Positions 43,006-52,115 of a stretch of DNA of 64,000 bases are shown here, piece after piece. A program made the translations under genes and the position numbers. Location of the stretch: the IMG/VR virus record IMGVR_UViG_3300021066_000001. One strand, written 5' to 3'. Each line of letters begins with the position of its first letter. Within the stretch, counting starts at the first letter, position 1. The notes below the pieces were generated by a model. That model saw nothing but the letters and a program-made list of their open reading frames with translations, did not search any database and was not told the DNA's origin. This stretch comes from a virus. Taxonomy: Duplodnaviria > Heunggongvirae > Uroviricota > Caudoviricetes.

Positions 43006-44502
43006 TTAAGCCATTGCTCTCGCGCGAACGTCGTCGAGCTTCTCGTCGATGAGCAGCACGCCGTTCTCGTAGATCGTGACCATCTGGTCCTGGTACTCGG
43101 CGTCGATCTTCGAGTCCATGTCGAGCGTCACGTACTCGCCGGTGAGAGCGCTCCGGTACAGCGAGAGGCGCCCGCCCTGCGACTTCTTGCCAGCGTCGGT
43201 GATCGGGTTCTTCGCGATCGGCTCCCAGCGGTTTCCGCGGCGAATCGCCGACGCCTTCTGCGCGAAAGAGTAGGTGTCACGGTTGACCTTCTGGAGGAGC
43301 GCGCCGCCAGAGCCGAACACGATGTTGCAGGCCGCGAAGCCCATCTCGGTGACCTGGTCGAGCACCGCGTTCATCAGGTCGAAGTCGACCCCGTCGCCCC
43401 AAATGACTCCGACGTTGTTGATCACGAGAAAGCCTTTCGAGTTCTTCGTGGTGCCGAACGCCGCGGCGAGCTTGCGGAGAATCGCCGGGAGGAGCTCGAG
43501 AGGGTCGCCCGAGTCTGGGCGGAGAACCACCTTGGCGCCAGAAGCGACGATCATGTCCCTCAGTGAGCAAACGACATCGGTCTCACGGAGGGTGTCGTAA
43601 CCGTCGATGACGATCGACACGATGCCGCCCGGCTTGGCCTGAGTCTTGATCACCGTCTCCAGGTACTCGCGCTGACCCATCGCGCCATACGCGGTCTGCA
43701 CGCTGTGCTCGGTGGCAAAAACGCTGTAGGCCGCCATGTCACAGTTGTAGTAGAAGTTCGCCGCGCGTACGCCGTCGATCGTGTCCGATCCGCCGAAATA
43801 GATCAGGTGGGACATGCCGCCGTTTTCGGCTTGCTCTCCGCAAGTGACCCCGCGGCCGCCGAAATCGTGGAGAGCGATCGCGGTCCAGGGCACCGGCGCC
43901 GGATCGTTCGACATCGCGTCATACAGACGCAGCGCACGCCAATTCTTGTAGTCGTTCGACGCGATCGTCGTCATATACCAGACGACGCGCTGAACCGCGG
44001 TCTCGATGTACGACGCGAGCCAGAACAGGTCGGGATCGGTGCACTCGATCGTCCAGAGAGCGTTGCCGCTCGGGACTCGCGTGCCTTCGCGAACGCCGCG
44101 GATCTTCAACGGCAGAAAGCCGTTGTACTTCTTGACGACCTTTTCCCAGCCAGCACGGTTGAAGGTGACGGCGCCTTCACCAGCGATCAAGTGCTTCTTG
44201 GCAAAGGCCTCGGCCTCGTCGATCATCTCCATGGTGATCTGCTTAGAGAGCAGCACCTTTTTGATGAACATCTGCATGCCGACGGGGACGATCGTTTCGC
44301 CCTTTTTACGGGCCGCGAGATAGGAGAACATTCCGTTCGTCGCGGCCGGGTAGATCGCCCAGTGGCCGAGCTTGTAGCTATCCGCTTCGAGCGGAATGTT
44401 GCGGGGCATCAGCGGCTGGCCGCCGCTCCACGCGGTGATGGTCTTCTGGTCAGGTGTGTCTCCGGGTTCCCGGAGGGGTGCAAGTTCAACTGCATTTTTC
44501 AT
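43006..44502 (-). CDS. nadV: Nicotinamide phosphoribosyltransferase (NAMPT/NadV)
   Basis: 498 aa; N-terminal ...LEADSYKLGHW and overall NAMPT-like length and blocks. Confidence 0.8.
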   Translation of the reverse strand: MKNAVELAPLREPGDTPDQKTITAWSGGQPLMPRNIPLEADSYKLGHWAIYPAATNGMFSYLAARKKGETIVPVGMQMFIKKVLLSKQITMEMIDEAEAFAKKHLIAGEGAVTFNRAGWEKVVKKYNGFLPLKIRGVREGTRVPSGNALWTIECTDPDLFWLASYIETAVQRVVWYMTTIASNDYKNWRALRLYDAMSNDPAPVPWTAIALHDFGGRGVTCGEQAENGGMSHLIYFGGSDTIDGVRAANFYYNCDMAAYSVFATEHSVQTAYGAMGQREYLETVIKTQAKPGGIVSIVIDGYDTLRETDVVCSLRDMIVASGAKVVLRPDSGDPLELLPAILRKLAAAFGTTKNSKGFLVINNVGVIWGDGVDFDLMNAVLDQVTEMGFAACNIVFGSGGALLQKVNRDTYSFAQKASAIRRGNRWEPIAKNPITDAGKKSQGGRLSLYRSALTGEYVTLDMDSKIDAEYQDQMVTIYENGVLLIDEKLDDVRARAMA

Positions 44503-44561
44503 CGTAAGCTCCTTACGGTTAAATTACAGGCTTGCGTCTTTCGCTCACCTGGTGCTGCAAT

Positions 44562-45731
44562 TCACTTGATCTTTCCGCCCACGTTCGCTCGCTCGAGGCG
44601 GTCGGCGAAGTCCGAGATGATGTCCCAGTGGTCATCGAAGAGCTGGTCCGACATGTTGATCGCTTCGCCGACCGGAAACCACTTCGCCTTGACGGCGTCA
44701 TCGGAGCCCTTCACCTTGGGCAACTTGATCTTGCCGTCGACGACGATGTCAGCCAGCTCGAAGCAGTAGGCCATCGAGACGACGCGGCCGCGGCCGGGCG
44801 AGCGATCCGGGTGCTCGAAGAAGTGGTTGAACTTCAGCGAGTTGCGGAGGGCGAGCTCGGGGACGTCGAGCTTAGTCTCTTCGTAGAGCTCACGAACGGC
44901 GGTGTCGAAGGTCCACTCGAACTCGTCGACGTGGCCGCCCGGGAGCGCCCAGAGGCCCTTGCCGGGTGCAGCGCGGCGTTGGACGAGGAGGATGTGGCCG
45001 GTCTGAAAGACGACGGCGTCGGCCGCGAACTCGATGATCGGGTACTTGCGCACCGTTGAGAGGGCCTTCTTCGCCTCGTTCTTCTTGCGCTCTACCTCGA
45101 ACTCCTCGAGGAGGAGTGAGTAGGCCGGCGTCTCCTTGAAGCGCTCGAGGAAAGCGCGTGACTCGTGAGGGATGAACGCGCGGAGCAGCATCTCGCGGTT
45201 GCCGTCGGTGATCTGGTTGCCCTCGAACTCGTTGCGGAAGAAGAGGTTGCGGAGGGCGGTCGCGGAGAGAACCTTGCTGACGTTGCGGTTCTCCTCAACG
45301 AAGTCCCGCTTCCAGTTGGCCTGGGCGAGGAGCATCTGCAGGTAGAACGTACTAGCGTCGCGCTCGGAACCGGTGAGGTAAACCTCCCTGGCATCGGGCG
45401 CCGCGCGTCTGACCTCGGCCTGGACCTCGGCGAGCCACTTGGTATTGTTATACCTGTAGTCGCGGGCGAAGACGACCTCGAGGTCCGCTAGATCCGACCC
45501 TGGGCGAGGGGCGTTAGCGTTGAACCAATTCTCGTACCAGTTCATGATCACAGCGGCACGTTCGCCGCCGGTGAAGGGATTCTTGGTGGTGCGAGGCTGC
45601 CAGGTCGAGCCGATGACGACGATGACCTTGTTGCTGAGGTTGAGCGCTCGCTCGAGAAGCTCAGCGTGCCCGACGTGGAACAACGAAAACCTACCGATGA
45701 GGACCGTGAGGTCCCGTTTGCTACCTGTCAC
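44562..45731 (-). CDS. natV: Bifunctional NMN adenylyltransferase (NadM-type) / Nudix hydrolase
   Basis: HxGH nucleotidyltransferase motif (GRFSLFHVGH), Nudix box GGHVDEFEWTFDTAVRELYEETKL; GTG start with AAGGAG SD. Confidence 0.8.
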   Translation of the reverse strand: MTGSKRDLTVLIGRFSLFHVGHAELLERALNLSNKVIVVIGSTWQPRTTKNPFTGGERAAVIMNWYENWFNANAPRPGSDLADLEVVFARDYRYNNTKWLAEVQAEVRRAAPDAREVYLTGSERDASTFYLQMLLAQANWKRDFVEENRNVSKVLSATALRNLFFRNEFEGNQITDGNREMLLRAFIPHESRAFLERFKETPAYSLLLEEFEVERKKNEAKKALSTVRKYPIIEFAADAVVFQTGHILLVQRRAAPGKGLWALPGGHVDEFEWTFDTAVRELYEETKLDVPELALRNSLKFNHFFEHPDRSPGRGRVVSMAYCFELADIVVDGKIKLPKVKGSDDAVKAKWFPVGEAINMSDQLFDDHWDIISDFADRLERANVGGKIK

Positions 45732-45825
45732 GAAGAAGCTCCTTCTATCGTGGTTGAGCGCGACCCGTCTATCGGGTCACGATGCTATTTAAGGACATCC
45801 TAACACAGTCATGCTAGGATGTAAA

Positions 45826-46161
45826 CTATTTCAGTCCCATGCACCGGTTGATCTGGACACGAAGGCGGCTCATGTAGTCCTCAAGCTGGTCACGCGAGAC
45901 GCTGATGTCCTGGTTGAGACGATAACTAAAGTAGTACCTGACCCCAGGCCCGTATGCTCCTCGCAATCCGCTAGCTTGCCAAACGATCTGGTCGCCGAAG
46001 ACGACGTGGGTGACGGCGCTCAGGTTGACGAGCACGCCGTGGCCTGCCTCGTACATGCAAACTCCAGCTGATCTAGGGCGATCATGGTCATTCTCAGACC
46101 CCGACCCTGCAAGAGCCGACATGCATGTGAGCGAGAGAGCGAGAGCAAGGATGATCTTCAT
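45826..46161 (-). CDS. Small secreted protein
   Basis: Signal peptide MKIILALALSLTCMSALA. Confidence 0.5.
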   Translation of the reverse strand: MKIILALALSLTCMSALAGSGSENDHDRPRSAGVCMYEAGHGVLVNLSAVTHVVFGDQIVWQASGLRGAYGPGVRYYFSYRLNQDISVSRDQLEDYMSRLRVQINRCMGLK

Positions 46162-46604
46162 AGGCCAGATTGATAGATGAGCTTGATCTTGAGGAACTTT
46201 TCGATCTCTTCCCAGTTTTCAGCCTGGGTGCAGGGTTCAGCGATCAGCTGCTTGAAGTTTCTAAGCGCATCGTCGTCCGTCCAGCGATTCTTGATGAACG
46301 TCTTGTCGGCCAGGTCATAGATGATCGACGCCGAGTACTTCCCCTTCAGCGGGATCCTCCACGCGAAGTCATTCCCGGGACTCACCCTCCGTCCAACCTC
46401 GATGATAAAGTTTTCGTTCTTGCCTGACCTCGTGAACGCCGGACCGAATGACAAAAACATGAAATGGTGATCCGGGCGCATCTCTCTGATGTGGGGCCAA
46501 TCGAAGTCGTCAGGCGGAGTGGGAGCTACGATGTGTCCAGCTCGCTTGAACACCTCATAGAGCTCATCGCTCAAAGCTCGATCACCTGCCCCTTCTGCGC
46601 CCAA
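46158..46604 (-). CDS. Hypothetical protein
   Basis: ORF track. Confidence 0.45.
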   Translation of the reverse strand: MGAEGAGDRALSDELYEVFKRAGHIVAPTPPDDFDWPHIREMRPDHHFMFLSFGPAFTRSGKNENFIIEVGRRVSPGNDFAWRIPLKGKYSASIIYDLADKTFIKNRWTDDDALRNFKQLIAEPCTQAENWEEIEKFLKIKLIYQSGL

Positions 46605-47461
46605 CCCTTGAAGCCGTCAGCAACGGCGTCGGCCTTCGGTCCAAACTGATAGTGGTAGAGCCACATCTTCGCCTTCGTCTCGGCGGGAAGCGTCTTGAGC
46701 TGGTCGTAGTGCGCGTGAACCCGTGACTTGAAGGGAGTCGTCTCGCAGTCGTGGAGAATCAGATCGGCCGCGTTGTAAAAGTCGACGATCTGCTCGGGAT
46801 TGAACTGGGTGTCCGACGTCCAGAAGACGTTCTTGCCGTTCGCCTTGAACTCGAGCCCGAACGACGGCATGATGCGATTGTCCGACATGATGTGAACGAC
46901 CTGGATCAGCTTCATGTTCAGGCCGCACCAGCTGAACTGTCCCTTCTTGCCGACGCGCTGCAAATTGAAGTAGGTGTCGAGGTCAGCCGCCTCTCCCTGC
47001 TTGGAGTCCATGCCGCCGGACAGCGACTTGCTCCAGAGCTCGTACGCGAGGGAGCGATCGATGATCAGGTTGGGCTTCGGCTTTCCGGCAAAGTGGGTCA
47101 TGAAGCCGATGTACTCCATGCCGCCGACGTGATCGGCGTGCGGGTGGCTGATGTAGACGTCGTTGATGTCCCACGCCGTTAGGCCTTGCTCGCCGAGCGA
47201 GAAACGGACGTCGCCTCCGGCGTCCCAGAGCATGCGCCGCGTGCCGAGGGTCGGGTGCGTGGCGGTCAAGACGAGGTTGCTCTGCCAGTTGCTGGTGCGG
47301 CCGGCCTTGAGAGCCTCGATGTCGGTGTAGAACGCCGCGCCAGTGCCGAGAAACTGGATCTGGTACTTGTAGCCGAGATTGAGATCCTTGAGATCTCCGA
47401 TCTTGAAGCTGATCGTCTTGTCGAGATCGATCGTTTGGTCGAGCTTTTCGGTGCTTTCCAT
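46571..47461 (-). CDS. Metallo-beta-lactamase-fold hydrolase (RNase Z/ElaC-like; candidate Apyc1-type cyclic-nucleotide phosphodiesterase)
   Basis: FLGTGAA, HPHADHVGG (HxHxDH), downstream His/Asp ligands. Confidence 0.6.
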   Translation of the reverse strand: MESTEKLDQTIDLDKTISFKIGDLKDLNLGYKYQIQFLGTGAAFYTDIEALKAGRTSNWQSNLVLTATHPTLGTRRMLWDAGGDVRFSLGEQGLTAWDINDVYISHPHADHVGGMEYIGFMTHFAGKPKPNLIIDRSLAYELWSKSLSGGMDSKQGEAADLDTYFNLQRVGKKGQFSWCGLNMKLIQVVHIMSDNRIMPSFGLEFKANGKNVFWTSDTQFNPEQIVDFYNAADLILHDCETTPFKSRVHAHYDQLKTLPAETKAKMWLYHYQFGPKADAVADGFKGWAQKGQVIEL

Positions 47462-47678
47462 CGTCTCTTCTCCGTGGAGGTTATTTCAAACTACCTGTTG
47501 CTCCATCGGCGGAGCCTTGCTCCGTCAACTTGTCTGTATCCTATCACGTTTTCGCGAGAGGTACAAACAACTTCGTCACTTTGATCCAAAAATTTCGATG
47601 ATTACTCCACAGATGAGAAAGATGATGATGAGAAGGACGATGGGGTGCTCGTGTGCTCGTGCGCCCAGTTCCAGAATG

Positions 47679-47891
47679 TCATGGACAACTCACTATGTTT
47701 AAGAGGGTAAAGATCTTCTGCATCCAGACGCCGCAGAAGTAGCTACACACGCACGCGCCCCAGCACATCTTCTCGCGCGCAGACTCAGAGAAGATCGGCC
47801 AAGATAGAGACCCCACCGCAAGACCTACTACCGCGATGAGCGAGAGGCCCAACAAGGCCCCGTAGAGAACCGCGACGTAAACGTTGCTCAC
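47679..47891 (-). CDS. Small membrane protein (70 aa, GTG start)
   Basis: Trimmed from ORF 47679..48185 to the GTG overlapping the upstream stop (GTGA); hydrophobic YVAVLYGALLGLSLIAVVGLAV. Confidence 0.35.
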   Translation of the reverse strand: MSNVYVAVLYGALLGLSLIAVVGLAVGSLSWPIFSESAREKMCWGACVCSYFCGVWMQKIFTLLNIVSCP

Positions 47892-48841
47892 TTGTACTCC
47901 CAGTCCGAGCGACGCTCGACGATCGTCAAGCACTTGGCCGATCCACCGGCCTTCAGGTACTCCGACAGGTCGGTCTCGAGGGGGATGAAATTTTCGTCGT
48001 CGAGAAATCTCTGAAGCCGGCCGCTCAGCTTGTGAGCGATCACGCACTCCTGGATCCCGACCGCGTTTGCCGAGAAGTCGATCGCCTCGCTCTCGTCGAG
48101 AAACGTCCACGCCGTGCCGAGGTCGTTGAACATGTCCTCTAGACGAAGTCGTGAGGCGCGGTCGAAGGCCTCCGGATAGAACCACCCGACCGACGCGTCA
48201 CCCTGTCCGTGCCAGAAGAAGCACGTGTCTAGGTGATAGAAGCGAGGATCAACGAGACGTACCGGGATGATCTGCTGCGCGTCATCCTCCGTGTAATAGG
48301 CGCAGAGCTGCTTGACGAACTCCTCGGAGGTACGATGACCGTAGCCGACGACTAGATAGTCACCTGCGCGCAGGAGGTCTCCGTCACCCTCAAACGAGGG
48401 GAGAACCTTGCCAGGATGGAGCTCTCTGATGATCTCGTGGCGGTGCCACGAGAAGTGATCCTCAAAAAAGTTTTGCTCGATCACTCTCTCCTGCTTGGCG
48501 AACCTTGAGGGGAGGAAGATGTAGTCACCTGACCCGTCGCTCTTGGGGAGAAACGAGCCGGCGTTCGCGATGAAGACGGCGTCTGGCGCGTTGTCGAGGT
48601 GAAAGGGAATGACGCTCGGATCGGCCTGGTGCACGTACGCGCCCGCGTGCTCGAGGTGATAGACGAGGTTCAACCACTGCTTCTTGGCGAGGCTCAGGTC
48701 GACGGTGCCGATCTTGTCGATCATCCATGGGTTGATCTCATAGTCGACGCCGTAGACGCTCGGCCTCGAGACGTGGAGAGTAGCTGGCTTGAGTTGCTCC
48801 TCAAGCAGGAGCTCCTTGAGCGGTCGTTGTTCTGTCGTCAT
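47888..48841 (-). CDS. Amidinotransferase-superfamily enzyme (ADI/DDAH/agmatine-deiminase-like guanidino-group-modifying fold)
   Basis: C-terminal GGSAKCLT matches the catalytic-Cys motif (GGG..HCMT) of this superfamily; 317 aa. Confidence 0.45.
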   Translation of the reverse strand: MTTEQRPLKELLLEEQLKPATLHVSRPSVYGVDYEINPWMIDKIGTVDLSLAKKQWLNLVYHLEHAGAYVHQADPSVIPFHLDNAPDAVFIANAGSFLPKSDGSGDYIFLPSRFAKQERVIEQNFFEDHFSWHRHEIIRELHPGKVLPSFEGDGDLLRAGDYLVVGYGHRTSEEFVKQLCAYYTEDDAQQIIPVRLVDPRFYHLDTCFFWHGQGDASVGWFYPEAFDRASRLRLEDMFNDLGTAWTFLDESEAIDFSANAVGIQECVIAHKLSGRLQRFLDDENFIPLETDLSEYLKAGGSAKCLTIVERRSDWEYK

Positions 48842-48867
48842 CCCATCTCTCCCAGTTCGCGCGGTAT

Positions 48868-49341
48868 TTACGGAACCGGGATGACAGAGATGGAGTGCTT
48901 GGCTGAGCCAGAGATGAGCCTGGTCGAGTACGAGACGTAGACGAGAACGCGCCGCTCCTTGTCGTAGAAACGCTTCACCTTGAGGTGCTTGAAGATGGGT
49001 GAGCGACTCTCTCGAAAGACCTCCTCACCCTGCTCGATCGCGATCCTGAGGATCAGCGAGGGGCCGATCTGGCGACACGCGATCGAGGCGTCGGAGGTCT
49101 CTTCGGCGAAGGGGTTGAGCGTGCCCCTGACCGTGTAGCTGATGTAGCAGTAAGCTCCCTCGACCTTTGGATCGGCGAAGGCGTCGATCGCGATCTTGCT
49201 GTTGGGGCCCATGAAGTTGATCTCGGTCGTCACCTCACCGATCCGATCGCGAGCGTGTGCGCTGGTCATGAAGCCGCAGATCGCCATGAGGAGAACGAAG
49301 ATCGCGAAGACCGCGCCGTGCAGATCCATCTTTTTGGTCAT
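48868..49341 (-). CDS. Secreted or lipoprotein-like protein
   Basis: Signal peptide with a Cys in the hydrophobic core region (VFAIFVLLMAICGF). Confidence 0.45.
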   Translation of the reverse strand: MTKKMDLHGAVFAIFVLLMAICGFMTSAHARDRIGEVTTEINFMGPNSKIAIDAFADPKVEGAYCYISYTVRGTLNPFAEETSDASIACRQIGPSLILRIAIEQGEEVFRESRSPIFKHLKVKRFYDKERRVLVYVSYSTRLISGSAKHSISVIPVP

Positions 49342-49350
49342 GTGCTTATC

Positions 49351-49605
49351 CTATAATCTTACGTTGAGCCAAGAGATGTGAAGATTAGTACCGCTGAGGA
49401 GGACTTCGTACCCCATCTCCTGAAGCTTCGTCATCACGATCGAGACGTCCGTACCGGCGTTGAGAGCCGATGTCGCGACGGTATACTTGAAGAGGCCGTT
49501 CTTCGCGCGCCTAGCGATCTCCTCGGAGATCACGTACACGGTTTGAACGCTAGTGTTAGTTTTTGCTCGCTCAGCGAGCACCTTAGCTTCTCTGGCGTTG
49601 ATCAC
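49351..49605 (-). CDS. Hypothetical protein (84 aa, GTG start)
   Basis: Trimmed to the GTG overlapping the upstream stop (GTGA). Confidence 0.4.
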   Translation of the reverse strand: MINAREAKVLAERAKTNTSVQTVYVISEEIARRAKNGLFKYTVATSALNAGTDVSIVMTKLQEMGYEVLLSGTNLHISWLNVRL

Positions 49606-49811
49606 TCGTCCCTCGCTAGGATCGGGCTGAGCGTGCACCCGAGGGGAGAGTCGCTCGATCTTGAGTCGCGAAAATTCTTGTAGCTCCCGCCGCAGCCCCG
49701 GCACTTGAGATACGTCGAGGTGTGTGCTCCGTAGATGTGAGTGTTCTCAAGATCCGCCCGATTGACCTCGAAGTGCACCATCTGACATCTCAAGCAGGTG
49801 ACCTCGTTCAT
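49602..49811 (-). CDS. Small zinc-ribbon protein
   Basis: CLRCQ...CRGCGG. Confidence 0.4.
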   Translation of the reverse strand: MNEVTCLRCQMVHFEVNRADLENTHIYGAHTSTYLKCRGCGGSYKNFRDSRSSDSPLGCTLSPILARDE

Positions 49812-49859
49812 GACGGAGATATTATCTCAACCAGACCTAGGTGTAAACTAGAGCCTAGG

Positions 49860-50549
49860 TTATTTGATGAACTTCTTAGGGTCTGGTTGTTGCTCCGCGA
49901 TTCGCTGAATCTCGCCGTTCTCATGCTTCCACCGCACGTTTAGCACGGGCATCTGGTGCTGCTGGATGCGATTGAAAGCTTCTACGGCGATCTCGAGGAT
50001 CTTTTGCGGAGAAACGAAGGCGCCAGACCCGTCATGGACGTCGAGGAGAACCTTGTGGGTGATGAGTGAGCGATCGAAGGCCCGGTAAAAGTCGTTCTGC
50101 TCCTCCTCCCTCTGAGTGACGTCAAACGACTTGCCGTCATCGGAGATGAAGTTCCAGTCGGAGGTGTGGAGAAGAATGAGGAGCGTTCGCTCATCGAACT
50201 TGGAACCGATGCTCTTGAAGTGGCGCTCGAGCTCGAAGACGTACGTTCCGTCGTACTTGCGGTACCTCGGGGCGTACACAAACTCTCCCAGGTGAGCTCG
50301 ATCTAGGATCAGCTTCGCCTCTGAGGAGAGCATCCTGAGCATGGTGGTGAAGGACTCGAGCTGGTATTGCTTCAAGGCCTCACGGCTTCGCTCTTGCTGG
50401 TGGAGAATCGGCCCTGTCAGGTAGCGATCGAGGAGCTTGGGCTTCTCGTAGTGAATGACTTGAAAGTAACCGAGCCGCTGGAGAAGACCCTCGATCAGCG
50501 TGCCCTTGCCGAGACGATCGCAGCCCTCGATGATGATCGACGAGAACAT
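49860..50549 (-). CDS. Thymidylate-kinase-like P-loop (d)NMP kinase
   Basis: IIIEGCDRLGKGT (like IEGxDGAGKTT); start trimmed to an internal ATG. Confidence 0.5.
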   Translation of the reverse strand: MFSSIIIEGCDRLGKGTLIEGLLQRLGYFQVIHYEKPKLLDRYLTGPILHQQERSREALKQYQLESFTTMLRMLSSEAKLILDRAHLGEFVYAPRYRKYDGTYVFELERHFKSIGSKFDERTLLILLHTSDWNFISDDGKSFDVTQREEEQNDFYRAFDRSLITHKVLLDVHDGSGAFVSPQKILEIAVEAFNRIQQHQMPVLNVRWKHENGEIQRIAEQQPDPKKFIK

Positions 50550-50749
50550 CAGAACGCGATGAGACCGGTGATGACCGAGAAGATCGCAGCGGCGAAGCAA
50601 CCGAGGCCGATGAGGGTAGGAAATACTCCGGCCAAGCCGTCGGCGAATGTGCCAGAGCCCCCGCTAGCGTTCGCTCCCCAGAACATGAACGTTCCTCCGA
50701 GAGCGCACAAGAAGATCGGCACGTACCACCAGTGAAGAATGATCGTCAT
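50549..50749 (-). CDS. Small membrane protein
   Basis: Two TM helices. Confidence 0.45.
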   Translation of the reverse strand: MTIILHWWYVPIFLCALGGTFMFWGANASGGSGTFADGLAGVFPTLIGLGCFAAAIFSVITGLIAF

Positions 50750-50755
50750 GTCCCT

Positions 50756-51127
50756 TTACTTGGCGAGCTTGAGATTGGCGCCGCCGGGCATCTGGCTTGG
50801 GCTAGCGAGAGCGATGCTCGTCGTCTGTTGCATGTAGATCTTCTCGAGCTCGGGATCTGGCGCGTAGACCGCGATCGCGATGTCCTTCAGGTCGACACTG
50901 AGCTTGACGTCCTGGTTGCCCAGAGTCCAGGGCATGATCGCGAGACCCTTCCCGAGCGGGTGGAAGCCGACGACCCGGGTGTCGGTGAGAACGACCGCGA
51001 GGCTCTTGAGAGGTTGACCTTCCTGAAGCAGATCGTCGAGGTTGATGCCGACGGACGAGAGGGGCGACTCGGTGGCCTTAGCGATGATGTCCTCGCCGGT
51101 GGTGAGCTTGATGCAGATGATCTTCAT
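50756..51127 (-). CDS. Hypothetical protein
   Basis: ORF track. Confidence 0.5.
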   Translation of the reverse strand: MKIICIKLTTGEDIIAKATESPLSSVGINLDDLLQEGQPLKSLAVVLTDTRVVGFHPLGKGLAIMPWTLGNQDVKLSVDLKDIAIAVYAPDPELEKIYMQQTTSIALASPSQMPGGANLKLAK

Positions 51128-51801
51128 GTGATCTCCAGGTATTTGAAGTGTCTTGAGTAGACGTGTAACGAGCCGGCGTTCCAGAAGATGGGTCCCTCCT
51201 GGAGGTTCGGGTAGGTGTAGCGAAGGTCACCGAGAAGCTGGTCCCTGACGTGCTTCTGCCAGTGAAAGTCGTTGTTGTAGCCAAACACCGCGTCGTTCGA
51301 CCGCATGTCGACCTTAGTGACGAGGGCTTCCTCGCGGATGAAGTATTGCACAGTGTTGGTGCAGATGAAGTCTTGCATCCCGTCACGGTTGAAATCGACG
51401 TGCATCGATGGCCGAGTGTAGATCATGACCGCGCGGCGTGACGTCGAGTCCCGGTCAAGCTCGGTCAGAACGTTCTGGTATTGCATTCCGTTCTGAAACC
51501 CGTAGATGCACCAGCCGTAGTTGGAGTTGATCTCGCGCTTAGAGCTAGCTACCTGAGACCAGATCTGCGGCGGGCCGCCCGGGATGTCGTCGACGTTGAG
51601 AGACATGCTCTCGTACCACTGGAGCTCGCGCTTCGCCCACTCCTCGTTGAGGGAGCCGAAGATTGTCGGCTCGTCAGCCAGAAAGCACGCGTTGATGATC
51701 TCAACGGTCTGCGCGCCCGTCTTGTTGTTGCCGATCGTCATGAACTTTTGATTTCGGTAGAGCTCGATGAGCTGAGCTCGGATGTCGCGCACTAGCATCA
51801 A
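51124..51801 (-). CDS. Deoxycytidylate 5-hydroxymethyltransferase (T4 gp42 homolog)
   Basis: Matches T4 gp42 blocks: KTG.QTVEII.A.F.ADEP.IFG.LN, SKREINSNYGW, SRRAVMIYTRPSM, FICTNTVQY, MRSNDAVFG, WNAGSLHVYSRHF. Confidence 0.85.
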   Translation of the reverse strand: MMLVRDIRAQLIELYRNQKFMTIGNNKTGAQTVEIINACFLADEPTIFGSLNEEWAKRELQWYESMSLNVDDIPGGPPQIWSQVASSKREINSNYGWCIYGFQNGMQYQNVLTELDRDSTSRRAVMIYTRPSMHVDFNRDGMQDFICTNTVQYFIREEALVTKVDMRSNDAVFGYNNDFHWQKHVRDQLLGDLRYTYPNLQEGPIFWNAGSLHVYSRHFKYLEIT

Positions 51802-52112
51802 GCTCGCTTCCCTCCGCCTGAGCGGTGGGGCTTGACCGGACGACCCTTGTCGATCTCGACTCCGAGTTGCTCCACGAACTTTTTCACGTCACTCGGAGCT
51901 ACATCTACCTCAATGAGAGCAACGCTTCTTCCCTTGCGACGTACTCTCTCGCGAGCTCCCTGGTGGGGAAAGTAACCGCGCTTGTCTCCTCGGGCGCGAG
52001 CCTCAAGCAAGAGCTTGCGACTGGTTGTGTGAAGCACGGGAGTAAAGTCGATCTTTGTGGGATCGACAGGAATTCCTGCGATGTTTATCGGCTTAGTGTC
52101 TTCGGAGTTCAT
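51798..52112 (-). CDS. Hypothetical protein (weak SUI1/YciH-like resemblance)
   Basis: RRKGRSVALIEVDVAPSDVKKFVEQL vs SUI1 GRKGKGVCLITGLDLDDAELTKLAAEL; weak. Confidence 0.35.
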   Translation of the reverse strand: MNSEDTKPINIAGIPVDPTKIDFTPVLHTTSRKLLLEARARGDKRGYFPHQGARERVRRKGRSVALIEVDVAPSDVKKFVEQLGVEIDKGRPVKPHRSGGGKRA

Positions 52113-52115
52113 TTG

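Noticed and set aside
43705-45059. Plus-strand ORFs opposite NAMPT/NMNAT
   Set aside because: Antisense artefacts; the minus-strand frames have clear enzyme motifs.
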